Shown here piece after piece: positions 36,519 through 49,208 of a DNA stretch of 64,000 nt. This DNA is from Torpedo marmorata. Taxonomy: Eukaryota. The position numbers were made by a program, and so were the translations under genes. The notes below the pieces were generated by a model that did no database searches, was not told where the DNA came from, and worked only from the letters and a program-made list of their open reading frames with translations. The DNA is taken from contig OZ360226.1 in assembly GCA_977017645.1 (NCBI GenBank), forward strand, positions 153,884,001-153,948,000. The letters are read 5' to 3'. Positions within the stretch are counted from its first letter, which is position 1; each line of letters begins with the position of its first letter.

Positions 36519-39500
36519 CTCATCCCTTCGTTGTGGTCAATGACATTCCTCTTCCATAAATACAAAGTACTTTTCTCATCAGTTATCAAAAATACTTCTC
36601 ATTAAAAGAACTGTGTCATCCTGATTCGAGTATGCTGAATAGTATTAGTGAGGAAAGGGGGAAATATGGGCATTGATACACTTTTCAAAATTAGTAGAAT
36701 ATATTGGGGAAACGACTTTGTAATTCAAGTACATAACTACAAGGGTAATCTCTATGGAATGCGTCTTTAAATTTATGGTAATGTAGCAAAATTAAAGAAT
36801 AGTACGGAAGACCAGATGATAACGTTCACCGGATTTAAAATCAAAAGGATATAAAGCTGGTCAAACATGCCTTCTGCTAGCGCTGAAAGAACTTTGACGA
36901 GAATTTTGTGAACTCTGACTATGACTGAAAGATTGCTGCCCGTCGAAAATGTTTCTTATTCAGACCCAGGTGGATTGCAGTGGCCACGATTATATCACTT
37001 CCCCCAAATCCCTTGTTCAAATAAAAACTCAATTTCGCCCAATGATGCACAATATTCCAGAACGACCATCTTTGATCAACTCCTCTCTGCTGTGCGTTCC
37101 CCCTGATTTACTGAGACCTTAACGAATCCATACAACATGGCTCGTCAGTGTCAAAGCAATGTCGAAATGGATCTCAAAAGTCCACATACCTGTTCTGCTT
37201 AGACTTGAGCTGCCGTGTGTATCCATCAGGAAATTTGCACCAGGACATAATGGAGCTATAGTAAAGAGCATCTGTCGTTCATTGCAAGGACCAATCTGAA
37301 AAAAAGTGCACCGTTAAGCATCTATCCAAGCATTTCACGCCGCCATGCTCAATGTCACAATAACACCAAGGTACAGAACTCATTGTTAACTGTTCAGATC
37401 TGAATATTGTCCAGTACTCTAATCTTTATAAAAAAAAACTCATAGTGTCTGTGCACAATCTACCAATTAGGCAATATACACAGGTACATCGAACAAGATG
37501 TTTATTAGTAAGGATATAAGCCTGGCAGTTTCATGTGTAGATTTGATCCCATATGACCATATATGTTTGCATGTTCAAGAATATTACAGCTCCCTTTAGG
37601 CATGAAGTTGCAGTGCTCGTCTGTGTTGATTAGAATTTATGTTGACTAATTTGATATTAGAGTCGATCCGTATCAGATCTTATCTTGATAAAGATTCACC
37701 TCAGCTCATGCGTCTGCACAAAAGACAAAAAGCATCAATAATTAGCAATCACATACCTGGTCAATTTCAGAACAGTATTTTACTTGCCAGTAGGTTCCCT
37801 GAAGCTCATTGTGATCGGTATTATCAGGTTTTAAATATCTCTGAAATGCATATACATTTAAACGTAAATTGTAGCATTAAAACAATAAACAAATCGGATT
37901 ATTTAAGTTCAAGATCTAATTATAAGTGCATATTAAACACAAGAATATTAAGTCATTAACCGCCACCCGCGAGTAACCTCCTAGTGATTCATATCAGGGT
38001 TTAGTTTTAATTAGTCAATATAAAACGGGAAAAAGCAATTTCCATTTTGTTCAATATATTAAGAAAGCACGATTTATGAAGAAGTTACGTTAACATGGGG
38101 AGATGCCAGGAAACACTTAAGTAGCAAATATTGTATGGTTTGATTTGCATGGGGATCAATAGTGGAAGGGTTAAACAGTTCTGGGGCTTGTTTGATGCTT
38201 CAAAAATTATCTCCCCTCCCCCAGCCTCTCCTCTGTCACGTTTGCCTTTCTCGCCAGAATTCCTCTGACTTTGACAACCTTGTTCTCCACGTACTGATTC
38301 TACTTACCCGGCTCCGTTGCTGACCGACACTGGAGGATTCTCGACCTCCCCAAATCTGCAAATAATGGAATGTTTGAAACTATCACAGCGATAATTAAGG
38401 TCACCGTCTAATCTCTAACAGAATCAAAAAGAATTCAAGTCACTTCGTATTTAGTCGAATCCATTATTTCGTTTATCACGTTTCAGTATAATTTTAGTCA
38501 AGACTATGATTAAAGTAGGGGAATGAAACATTATGGAATGTTTAAGCATAGCTTACATTTCCCACTCTTTTTGATACTTTTGCGGCGAACCTAATCGTTC
38601 TGCAAATAGTACAGCAGTGGACAATGTTCGCAATGAATGTTTGCCTGTACATAGTTAGCATTTGTCATTAGAAGCCGCACCAAGTAAAACACGATGTGAT
38701 TGCATTAATTTGGCAGTCAGAAACTACATAAACTGTGGAAATTAAGCAGCAAACTCCAGAAACATATCTTTAAGGTCTGCAATAAAGTCTGTAAAAAGTC
38801 AATTTGTCTCCCCACTGGATGCAACAGAGCAGTTTGAACAAAAGAATTCTCTACCTTTGTGGAGCCGTGCGGGAATCTTTTGAGAGACGCTGATCCCACA
38901 CAGGCCACTGGATTCATTCGCTAAAACTTCTTTATTTTTCTTAAAGTTTTTTTTAGTACAATTGTACTGTATCACTTCAGACGCAGATCGATTACGTTTT
39001 TCCATCTCACAATTACCCCAGGTCGGTAAGGATCGACGAATGATCTTACGCTATTTTACTTATCGGACTATTAGAACCAATGGACAGCCCTGGCCATAAA
39101 ACGAGGTCCGGACAATTGTGTAATTTCAGCAGTACGCTTTAATAATATGTACGATGGAATATGTTGATCTATCAAGTTAGTATATAGTTGCCTTTAGGCA
39201 ATAATTTATCTACAACATCGATGCATAATCATGCCTTAATTCTTACACATTCAGGTCTTCAACAACACTAATTATGTGATTTAAATACAAATCCAACTTG
39301 AATGTGGCAAATTAAATACAGACATTTAAAAGGGATGCATTTCAATACGCACTACCCATTTCTGGCCTTGGTCTTTTTAAAAGTCACAATCAACATATGA
39401 GGTAAGTAAGACCTAGCTGTGATTTGTAAGTTAAAAAACAGCCTACATAATATAGTCATACACAGAAAACTGTCACTTTGAATGCCTTAGTTAGAAATCT

Positions 39501-41220
39501 CGCGGGGCTTGATGGAAGTTTAACACAACACTCGTATTCGGGCCCGAAGTGTGAATGTTTCCCCACCAGATGGAGTGACCTGTTCAGTTACGACCGAATC
39601 TGGGCAAGCACGCAATTCTTTCTCACTAGTCAATCTGCAGCACTGCATCAGAATCCATCGAAAGAGCACCGCGCATCACACAGCAAGGAAAACCACAAAG
39701 CACCACACTATGCTAATTCAGGTCGCTCCGAATTCATCTTCTTAATTCATTTTTAGAAATAATTTGAATGATAGATAACATTAATTCATGACTAAAAAGT
39801 GATGTTACTGGCTAATCTTTTGTATTCTCATCGACATCTCCCTTATTAATAATAATGTAAAGTGTATTGGGGTTCGAAGTTGGGATCTTATCTCCAGCCT
39901 CATTTACACTCAAGCAAATATGGTAAATTGTTGTTCCACTATTATTCGTCGCCCAAAAAAATAATATAAAAATTCACTTTATTTCAACTCCGCTCGAATT
40001 TAGTTGCTAAGCAACCGGTGCGAGCTAATCGATTGGAGAAATGAGATTATTTTAAGGCTGTTGCGTTTTAATGAATGGTCGAAATTTGGAAAACAACTTG
40101 CAGGATGGGCAGCATCTGTCTTACGTGAAGGCTGTGGAAACTCTCGGTAAGACCCCGTGCAATACGTCAGCACCGATTAAGACAGAATCCTCAAACTTGG
40201 TCGCCTTCCGTGCAGTAAGGATGCAGACCACGTTAGGCTGAAAAGATTGCAACATTTTGTCAGATACATTTCCTTTCTGTCTGGAATTAGGAGTGTGTAT
40301 CGATTAAAATGAGTAAATTGCACGTACACACCTGTGCATTGCACTGTTATTTTTCCAAGGAGGAGGGAGTGGGTGGGTCAGTGGGAGGTTGGAGCAGCTG
40401 AAACTGTAGCATTTATTGCAATGGGAACAGAGGCAGACGAAGCAGAATGGAAGCACTTTGACTTGAGCCCAGATGGGCTTCCGTGGTGATCCGCAATTAA
40501 ATGCAGATCAGTTTTACAAGGCGCAATATACACCTGCGCTTAAATGTGACGACTGAACATGGTTCCCAACATAAAAGTTAAAGATTTACGTACGTAAAAC
40601 TACTTTGTTCTGTGCTTTTACCTTTCCATTCTGAAATAAATTCAATTATATTTCGTTTTGCAGTAAAAGGATCGTTCACAGTATTAGTTAAGCATACCAT
40701 GCATTTTTTATGATAACGAAAGTCATCTATGGGAACACTCATTTGGTTCTACTGCTTGCCCAAGTTTAAGAACTATTCTTTCACAGCACCTTCTGCTACC
40801 GGCGTGTAACATGTTGTCAAACTGTTGCGTGAATTAAGTTACGACACACCTTATTATGCAAGAGAATTAACCAGAAACCCATAAACTCGAATATCAAACC
40901 ACAAAATGTGTTCAAGCTAAGCACTAATACTTGTTTTCTGGCACCGTTTATTTTTAAAATATTTTTATTGAGTTTAATATATATACTTGTTTTCTGGCAC
41001 CGTTTCTGATCAACTTATAAAGAAGCACATTCTATGCTCAGATGTAATTTTCAGACGTTGCTCTTGAATCGGTCCAAGTTAAACAAAAAAAGGAAGTACA
41101 CAATTGGCAATTCGTTTTAGAAGACGAGCCACATATTTTACAAATATTGGAACTTTTTTCTTATGGTATTGACGGAAACACTGTGCGGATTAATTCCCGC
41201 CTTGTGAATGAAAATATAAA

Positions 41221-41302
41221 GGACTACGTTGGAGAAGGTGTTCGGCATGGACTAGAAGGGCCGAACTGGCCTGTTTCTGTGCTGTAATTGTTATATGGTT
41301 AT
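41221..41302 (+). mobile_element. CR1/HE1-type 3' tail fragment
   Basis: GGCATGGACTAGAAGGGCCGAACTGGCCTGTTTCTGTGCTGTAA...TTATATGGTTATA. Confidence 0.7.
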
Positions 41303-41684
41303 AAACAGTTGAGCAAGTTCGGTACAGAATACACCTGTTGCAATGGCTTCTGAGTTTTGATTATTAATCAACGTTTAAGATGGCAGAAGAGGTTCAACAT
41401 AAAGTTAGTGCCCGTGTGGTATATTCAGAGTGTTCTTTTTACGTTAAAAAATAGACGCAACAAACATCACTCAAAAAACTGACAGGGAAAGTATTTTGGA
41501 ATATCGCCTAATTTGAAACAATCCCCTATTATTTTGAAATTTAGTCACCAACTCGAAATCAGTTATTTGCTTCGCTCTCTCATGTGACAGTTGCACTTAA
41601 AGAAGGCTAAATTTGAACGGATGAACGCTACAACAATGACTGCCTGAACATAACGTGTACTTTTGAACATTGGGTCGAAAGCCG

Positions 41685-41830
41685 AGCACTCCTATTCCAA
41701 CAGCGCTGTGGGATTACTTCATCATAAGGACAGCAGTGGTTCAAGGCGGCTCAAGACCACCATTCTCATGGGCAGTGAGGATGGCCAATAAATGCTAGAC
41801 TTCAAGCGACACCCACATCCCGTAAATGAA
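41685..41830 (+). mobile_element. LINE 3' tail remnant
   Basis: GCAGTGGTTCAAGGCGGCTCA...ACCACCATTCTCATGGGCAGTGAGGATGGCCAATAAATGCT...CCCACATCCC. Confidence 0.65.
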
Positions 41831-43399
41831 CCTATAACAATTCGCAGACTAAAAAAGGATATAATTGAACCACAGGCACCCGTTGTTGTGTTCGTGCGGG
41901 TTTTTCACTGACCTTACAATTTTTGCACATGCACATGAATATTTTAACACACTCAGCAAATAACCGATGGGTAAATATTTTGAAACAGGAAATAAGGCGA
42001 TAGTTATGACTTCCTGAACAAGATAGGCAGCAAGGAGACGGTGCGCCTGAGAAATTGTGAGCCGCTAGTAAACCCGAGGATAGCTGAATGTTTCACCGAA
42101 AGATAAAAGAGAGAGAAATTCATGCAGGTTAACATTCTAGTAGCAGGGGCCTTTTTGCAAGCACGCTTCTTGTAAGCATACGCATTCCATGTAGAATGGA
42201 AATAATGAAGGAAAACATAATACCCACACAGAAAATGCGATGACACAACACATTCGAAATACACGACATGCGGGTTAAATGAACCCCTAGATCCAAACGG
42301 TTGGAATAGTATCAAACAATGCAAAGTTTACCACCTAGAAAAATATATTTTATTATTTATTATATTTCAGCGTTAAATGTCCTTTTCTCACAGACTTCAA
42401 TTACTTGTCCAAGCGGATCGTCATAGAATTAAGTGCAATTCGGGATTTGGTTGAAACAGGGTCTTGAAAGGAACTTTAACGGAATCAATTGAACTAATAT
42501 AAAAAAGAGTGAATAATGTTTCTTTTTCACGCAATTCTCCAGTGGCTCTTCTGGTATCTAATGGAACATTTATAAGTAGTGCACCGTCAACGTTTCATTT
42601 CCTCCAAAACATCAAATTTACAAAATCAGACGTTGGCCTAAATTTTGGAGGCTTTAATCGCTAGAAATGGACTCATAAATCATTTGGGATTGCACTCTTT
42701 CCAGAATACAGTAATCAACATCCTCCAAGAGACTTATACAGTTCTGATCATTTCCTGACATGCACAGTTCAGGTGTAAAAATGGATTTTCAGAATCACTT
42801 ATTATTTGCTAACAAGAGTCTATCGTACTGACAATCATAATGTTCTTATAGTCTCCACTATTCATTAGCATCACCGCGCCACTTATCAGCGCGGCTCCAC
42901 TGACCACAAGTGCCGAGAACAATTCTATTTGAGACTTCACAACTTCTGCTGTTGTGATTTAGAATTCCCAGTGCAACGCTGCTTTGCCCCGCAACTTCAG
43001 ATTGGTACACACCGTATACACAGGTCTTCTTGGACTAAAACAACGACAAAAAAAAAATGCAGTGGTAAAATGATCGTACATTCCGAGATCTAACTGTAAT
43101 ACGGCACTTCACTGACGTCACATGCCGAGCTGTTCAAAGAAAGAATATCATCCAGTGCATGCCAACAATCTAACGTGTTGTCACCTCTTTTGATTATTTT
43201 GTATTTTAAAACAACAACGAGTCTCTGCACCAAACATCTCCCTACATCAATTTCCTCCACATATCACACCATCAGGAACGTTTTGACAGTCAAAAATATC
43301 TCGAGTGGATTATAAGCATTGCTTCAGAATATACAGAAAAGGCAGAAGAAGCACAACAGAATCGCGGATCAATGTCAGCCAGGCATTTGTAAAAAAAAA

Positions 43400-45748
43400 C
43401 GTTAACCTCTCAGATACTCCGAATTATTTGCATGGTGCATATTTTATTTCTGAACAAATTTCTCATGCATTAAACTTATGTTGACGAACGGAAATGCAAT
43501 ATATATAAATGCATCATACTTGTAATTCTAGTCTTTTTTTTGGTGGAATGCCACTGGGAAAAAGCATGAAAGAATGCTTGTGAAAAAACCCTGAACTCTG
43601 CCATAAATCAAAGAGCCTTATGACCTTTGTCCACAGGTAAGTAAAATACTAAATGCCATTAAACGCTTTCATGATAGTCTATAATTTTATTTTAATATAT
43701 TCGCTGCATATGATACGTGGTTTACTTTTACAGCTGTATTAGGTTTTCTTTAGGTAAAACGCCTTAATTAAATATATCCAGACGACTTTATTCTATTGGG
43801 TTTTGCTTATGAAATACAGAGTAAACCAGTCTAAACTCTATAAACACAACCATTCATTGAAACAGTGACCTGCTGGTGAACTTCTTTTTGAAATTTCATT
43901 TAGCACTCCACCTAAACAGTTCTAATATGTTTCTTTTGAATAAACAACTCCATATTAAAACTGCTTGGTTAAAATCCAATAATTTAGACAAGGTTATTTT
44001 CTTTTTTTTTTAAAAGAAGAAAGCAAACCATGGCGTAGAAAAATGATGCAAACTCAACAGATCAGAAGCTAAAGCTTGCTGTGCTCTCCGTTTTGGAAAC
44101 TCCATAAAACGCAAAAAACAGATACAGGGCAGCCATCCAACCCTAAGCGTGATTAAAAACCTATCTGTGGATGGTCACATAGAAATAAACCAATTAAAAT
44201 TCATTTAGAAATCTTAACTTTTTAAAACGTAAACCATTCTTTCAGAATATAAAATCGTGCTAAAGCTATCTTAAATATAAGAGCCTAATTGAATTATTCC
44301 CCTATTGAATTAATGGTTCATAAATAAATTCTCTATTTATCCTAGACTAACACTTTTCTTCAACAAAGTCCCACTATTATTGTACACCAGACACATGAGC
44401 CATAAAATCGTTTGACTCTAACAAATTTATTTCTTGAATCATCTCTTACGGAATCACTACTCAAATTAAATTACAATCAAATTATCACATCAAAAGATAC
44501 CCTTATTACCTAACAACTGTCCATTTTTCACCGCATTTATTTGTGCTCGTTTTGAAAACATCTACTACAAGATCTGGGGAAAAATAAATTACCGTTTTGC
44601 AGCAGTTCATAGGTATTCTGAATAAAATATTAAAAGAAGTCAATTTTGATGAAAATATAAAGTAAATATTTTTTTAGATCAGTCACTGATCTACTGACTC
44701 TATATTGCCGTCTTTGTAAAGTCTATATTGAAACCTACCAAGAACACTGCTTGGAAATGGCAGTTTTACACAGTCGCATCCACAGCACCCATTCATTCAA
44801 CTTGGCAATGGTTTTAGATGAGGATAAGTTCAGTAAGTGCAGCTGCAGATGGTGGAGTGTTTTTTCTCTCTTTTTTTCTTTTTTTAATAAAAAAATGTTT
44901 CTACTCCATTCGGCTGGAGGTGAAATTAGAAAACATTGGGGCTAAGGGTTTTTTGGGGGGATGGTATTGGGAAGGGGGTGGGGATGAGGTCGAACACAAC
45001 ATAATGAACCAATCATCAAAGCCACATCTGGGACGATTTCTCGCCCAAATCCCCGAGTCCTTTGTCTTGTCTTTTCCAACAAGCCTCGCCGCTGAAAGTT
45101 CCATCTGTCATTATTTTTGGATCAACCCATTTAATTATTTTCTCTTGAAATTTCCCCGGCCTTGCAGGTTTAATGTTGTTCGGAAGTTTTGCGTTATAAA
45201 GGCCATCTTTTACCGGTCCTCCTTTCTATATAGTCAGTACAGATTATCTCCTTTTCTTCCGCAGATTGCTGTGATTTACATTAGAACAGCTTCTCGATCT
45301 CAAATAACAGAATGAAAGATTTTCCTTGTTTCCGTGCTGTCTATGCACCTGACAGAACCAAGAAAAACAAGCCGCTGGAAGTATACCAGGCACCTCACAG
45401 TCAACCATCGACCACGGCCCATCTCACCGGACCAAATCTGAAATTATTTTATAAACCGGTCCTGAAACAGCAGGGAAATGAATTCACACTTATCTGGAAG
45501 TATCTGGGGGTATGGGATTGGGGAAGGATCCACCTGTCGATCACCACAAGCCAAGAGGGTTCATAATTTTCATATTTAATAAAAAAGACACCTGCAGTTT
45601 TAACGCACTCATTCTATGCAATCGCCAGCCTCACAATCACAGTAGAAAACCTGCTATCATTGCGATAGTCCTGATCTTGTTGATTTCGTTCTGTCCCATA
45701 TTTATTTAAAAAAATCCAATCTAAGGAGTCTATGTTTAGTGTTTTGCT
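43400..45748 (-). other. Probable long 3' UTR of POU3F3 (end uncertain)
   Basis: Repeat-free AU-rich sequence after the stop codon, with several minus-strand AATAAA candidates (TTTATT on + at about 44536, 44426, 43787, 43443). Confidence 0.45.
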
Positions 45749-46643
45749 TCACTGCACGGCGGTTTGTAGTCCGTGGTGAGAGGGCGGTGTGTCGGCGTTA
45801 ACATTGCCGACCTGTGAGTACACATCGTCCGTCTGCTGCACTCCTCCCGGCGGCGTCATGCGCTTCTCCTTCTGCCTCCGATTGCAGAACCAAACCCGGA
45901 CAACTTCTTTTTCCAACTGCAGGCTGTCTGCCAGGGCCGTGATCTCCTGCGCCGAGGGTTTGGGACATTTCAGGAAGTGGCTCTCCAAAGCCCCCTTGAC
46001 ACTGACCTCGATGGAGGTGCGCTTCTTTCTCTTCCTGCCCTGAGCCGCGATCTTGTCGATGCTGGTGGGGCTCCCGGTCGACGAGTCGGCCTCCTCCAGC
46101 CACTTGTTCAGCAAAGGCTTGAGTTTGCACATGTTCTTAAAGCTGAGCTGCAGCGCTTCGAACCGGCAGATCGTGGTCTGCGAGAAGACATTGCCATACA
46201 GGGTGCCCAGCGCCAAGCCCACGTCGGCCTGGGTGAAGCCCAGTTTGATTCTCCTCTGCTTGAACTGCTTGGCGAACTGCTCCAAGTCGTCCGAGGTCGG
46301 CGTGTCCTCGTCCGAGTGGTCGTGGCTGTGGTGCTGCTGCCCGTGATCCACCAGCTCCGGCGTGTCCCTCAGACCCGGGTGCAGGCTCTGCCCTCCCGCC
46401 TGACTCAGCATGCCGTTGACGGTGAACCCTCCTGGCTGCGAGTAGATCAGAGGCTGAACGGCCGAACCCATGGAGGGCAGGTGAGCCGTGGTCGTCGCCC
46501 CCCAGGCGGTCGGGTGACCGCCGTGAGACGGCTGATGCGGAGGCAAGTGAGGCGGGCGGTGGTGATGCAGAGGAGCGGCTCCCGTGTGCAGCTCGTCCCG
46601 GCCCACGACCTGCACCGACGGCTTCACGTCCTGTTGCTGCTGC

Positions 46644-46675
<32 letters not shown>

Positions 46676-46939
46676 TTGACCCAAGGGGCTGCCGGACATG
46701 GCCGAGGACCAGGGCGAGCCGGCATCGGTGTGCGGCAGCGTCGTCACCCACTGGTGTGCATGGCTGAGCATGTGGCCGTTGCTGGCGATGGCTCCCTGCA
46801 TGAAATCGCTTTGCACCATTTTCGAGGGATCCCGGTACGTAGTCGCCTGCTGCATACCGCCTGAGTCGCTGTGCACGATAGAGTTGGACGATAGGATGCT
46901 ATTGCTCGGCATGTAGGGATTGGACGTCGCTGTCGCCAT
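45749..46939 (-). CDS. POU3F3: POU domain class 3 transcription factor 3 (Brn1), intronless, 396 aa
   Basis: Complete POU-specific domain ([69 protein letters not shown]) and POU homeodomain ([32 protein letters not shown]...[11 protein letters not shown]). Paralog-diagnostic stretches match recalled POU3F3: N-terminus MATATSNPY...[11 protein letters not shown]...[12 protein letters not shown], linker [17 protein letters not shown]-terminus DDVYSQVG...[14 protein letters not shown]. Strong Kozak context gccATGG. Confidence 0.95.
46631..46678 (-). repeat. CAG/CAA repeat encoding Q16 in POU3F3
   Basis: 48 nt of ctg/ttg triplets on the + strand, translated as GQ16DVK. Confidence 0.95.
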
Positions 46940-47199
46940 GGCTTTCCCCCTCGCTTGTCTCTTTTTTTTGCAGCAGTTGTTGGATTGCCAGAAATAAATA
47001 AAAATAAAGTGTTATTTTTAAATCCCTCTCTCTTTTTTTGCTTTTCGCTCTCTTTTTTGTTGTTGCTGAGAGTTTTGTTGTTGTGTAATGGGATGCTGGT
47101 GGTGGGACTTGGTAAAGCTGCTGTTTGACAGCTCCCTTCTCACATAGCCAGTGTTTACCTCGGCCGCCGTGCCGCGCTCTCCCCGCACACCACAAAAAA

Positions 47200-47340
47200 G
47201 GAGGAAGTTCAGCCAGAAGCTCCCGCTGATTGGCTACCCGCTGAGTGATTGACGTGATCCGACTGCGAGACTCGGGCGCGCGGCTTCCTTCCGGCGGTTC
47301 CGATTGGCTGCTTTTTAATTAGGGGTATGTCGTTGTGTTT
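47200..47340 (-). promoter_or_regulatory. POU3F3 proximal promoter (CpG-rich, two CCAAT boxes, CRE-like site)
   Basis: GATTGG at about 47228 and 47302 (CCAAT on the minus strand), TGACGT at about 47250, GC-rich CGCGCG, located 260-400 bp upstream of the ATG. The TSS cannot be fixed from sequence. Confidence 0.65.
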
Positions 47341-49159
47341 GTGGTTTGGGCGAGGAGGGGTGTTGAGGGTTGGTGGTGATGATGGTGTGGGGGTGAAGAG
47401 AGATGCGACCAAGCATAAAAGCTGCAAACAGCTTTCCTCTCTTTGCAAAATCAAGAAAATAGTTTTATTGTCTGAAGAAAAAAGTAGTGACCAAAATAAG
47501 GGGACAAGTTGACCATATTCCAGAGTGAATTAAAATCTTAAACTTAGTGCTGACTAATGCAAACGAGCAAGACGGGGTTCACGAAAGTAATAATAGTAAG
47601 AAATACACCGGACTCATCTTGCATTGTAAACAGAACCCTTTGGATGCGCCAGTTTCACGTTACCACTTCACCCAGATCTGCAAGAATACACTACGTTTAG
47701 TAAACGATTTTAGTCCCATACACGATCTTAAAAATTTGGGTGAGACCAAACAATCCATTGGAAAAGACAGGAGGCTTTTGTGAAGAAATATGATTTCTTA
47801 TGGTAGTAACCCCGTAATAGGTCTGAACAATTTAAGCGTATGATTTTCTTTTTTTCAGGACTGCGAAAGAGTTTACAGATGTAACACAGATCTCATTTAA
47901 ATCTCTGATCTCCAGGTGCAGACGCTGAATCGTCTGTGCCAGAGCCCCAGCAGCATGTTTTCCTTTCCAGCAGATTTTCCTTGGATCACTCTCAAACCGA
48001 GTCTCGTGGTTTTGTTTACTCTGAATGGAGAGTATAGCAGTGCCTGGGGACTGTCTTTCATTAATATACAGTGAGGATTTTGTCTAAATTGCTGCTACGG
48101 ATTTCACAGTACACCCATTTAAAGATGTCTCACTTGGACCGATGAAACGCGAATGCGCCGTGGAAAAGAGCTGCTTAAAAAAAACTTTAAGGTCAATAAC
48201 AATGATGGAAAAAAGACCAAATGTATTTTGTCTTTTTTAAAAAAAGCTCCATAAATTGTTTTCCCACCAAGAAAAAAAGTAAAACATCAGAGAGCAATTT
48301 GTACTGATTTACATTTGCATAAATTTTCATATATTTTGGTGAAAATAATAGACTAGCGTGAGTCGGGCTCAGTGAAGTCAGTATCAGGGCACATCCTAGC
48401 GAGGATCGACCAGGAACAATTCAGAGCGAAGGTAAAAAAGCAAAGTCATAATTCCAAATGTGCGAAACTTGTCTACACTATTTGCGAGTTGAAAGCGACT
48501 ATCCTATTGGTAAGTCTTCATTCTTAACGCAAAACGTTTATTAACAGCGTCAGCTCTATTTTGGAATTGGGACTTTAGAAGCTCAGCAATGTTGAGCTTG
48601 ATTTTTCTGTTGTACATTTTGTCAAAATCGATCTGCTTCACGAAATGAACAAGTGGAGATCATGGAGCAAGGTCACAATGGTTATAAGATTCCTGCATGG
48701 ACTTCGAAGCGAAAACGTTGGGAGAGATCTCACGGAAATAATTGTGAATTCTGGAGCAGATCATTCAACGATACCACCGACTACAATGGAACCCTGTGGT
48801 TTTTAGAAATCCGTCCATACCATCAATCATAACTATGGAGAACTTGGCGGAGTTCTCCGGAGAGGTGGGTGCGAGCGCCCTGCTCAGTCACGGATGTACA
48901 CGCCGCCATCTCGCAATATTAAAATAATCTTCTTTAACTTTCCTTCCATCGAATACAAAAGGTAAAACACCAATGCTCACCGGAAGCAGTTCGATTGTCA
49001 AGGTCAAGTGTAAAAGAAACCTTCCAAAATATGACATTTCAAACAGTCTGTCTTCCTCCGCAGCTCCCGTCTTTAAATCGAAGCATATCATGTCACTGAT
49101 TCCAAAAAAAGATTCGCGCGGTGACGAATGGAATTAATTTGAATGTCAAGCTTACTTAA

Positions 49160-49208
49160 AACACCACACACACACACACGCACACACGCGCGCACACACA
49201 CAACACAC
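49160..49208 (+). repeat. (CA)n/(CG)n microsatellite
   Basis: Seen directly. Confidence 0.9.

Noticed and set aside
40166-40186. REST/RE1-like TCAGCACC...GACAG
   Set aside because: Non-canonical spacer and a poor right half-site
45977-46864. 295-aa antisense ORF and other overlapping ORFs across POU3F3
   Set aside because: Shadow frames of a GC-rich CDS. The poly-Leu run is simply the antisense of the CAG repeat, and there is no independent motif.
45749-46939. POU3F2 assignment suggested by the polyQ
   Set aside because: The N-terminus, linker, SAQEIT.LADSLQ helix and C-terminus match POU3F3 rather than POU3F2
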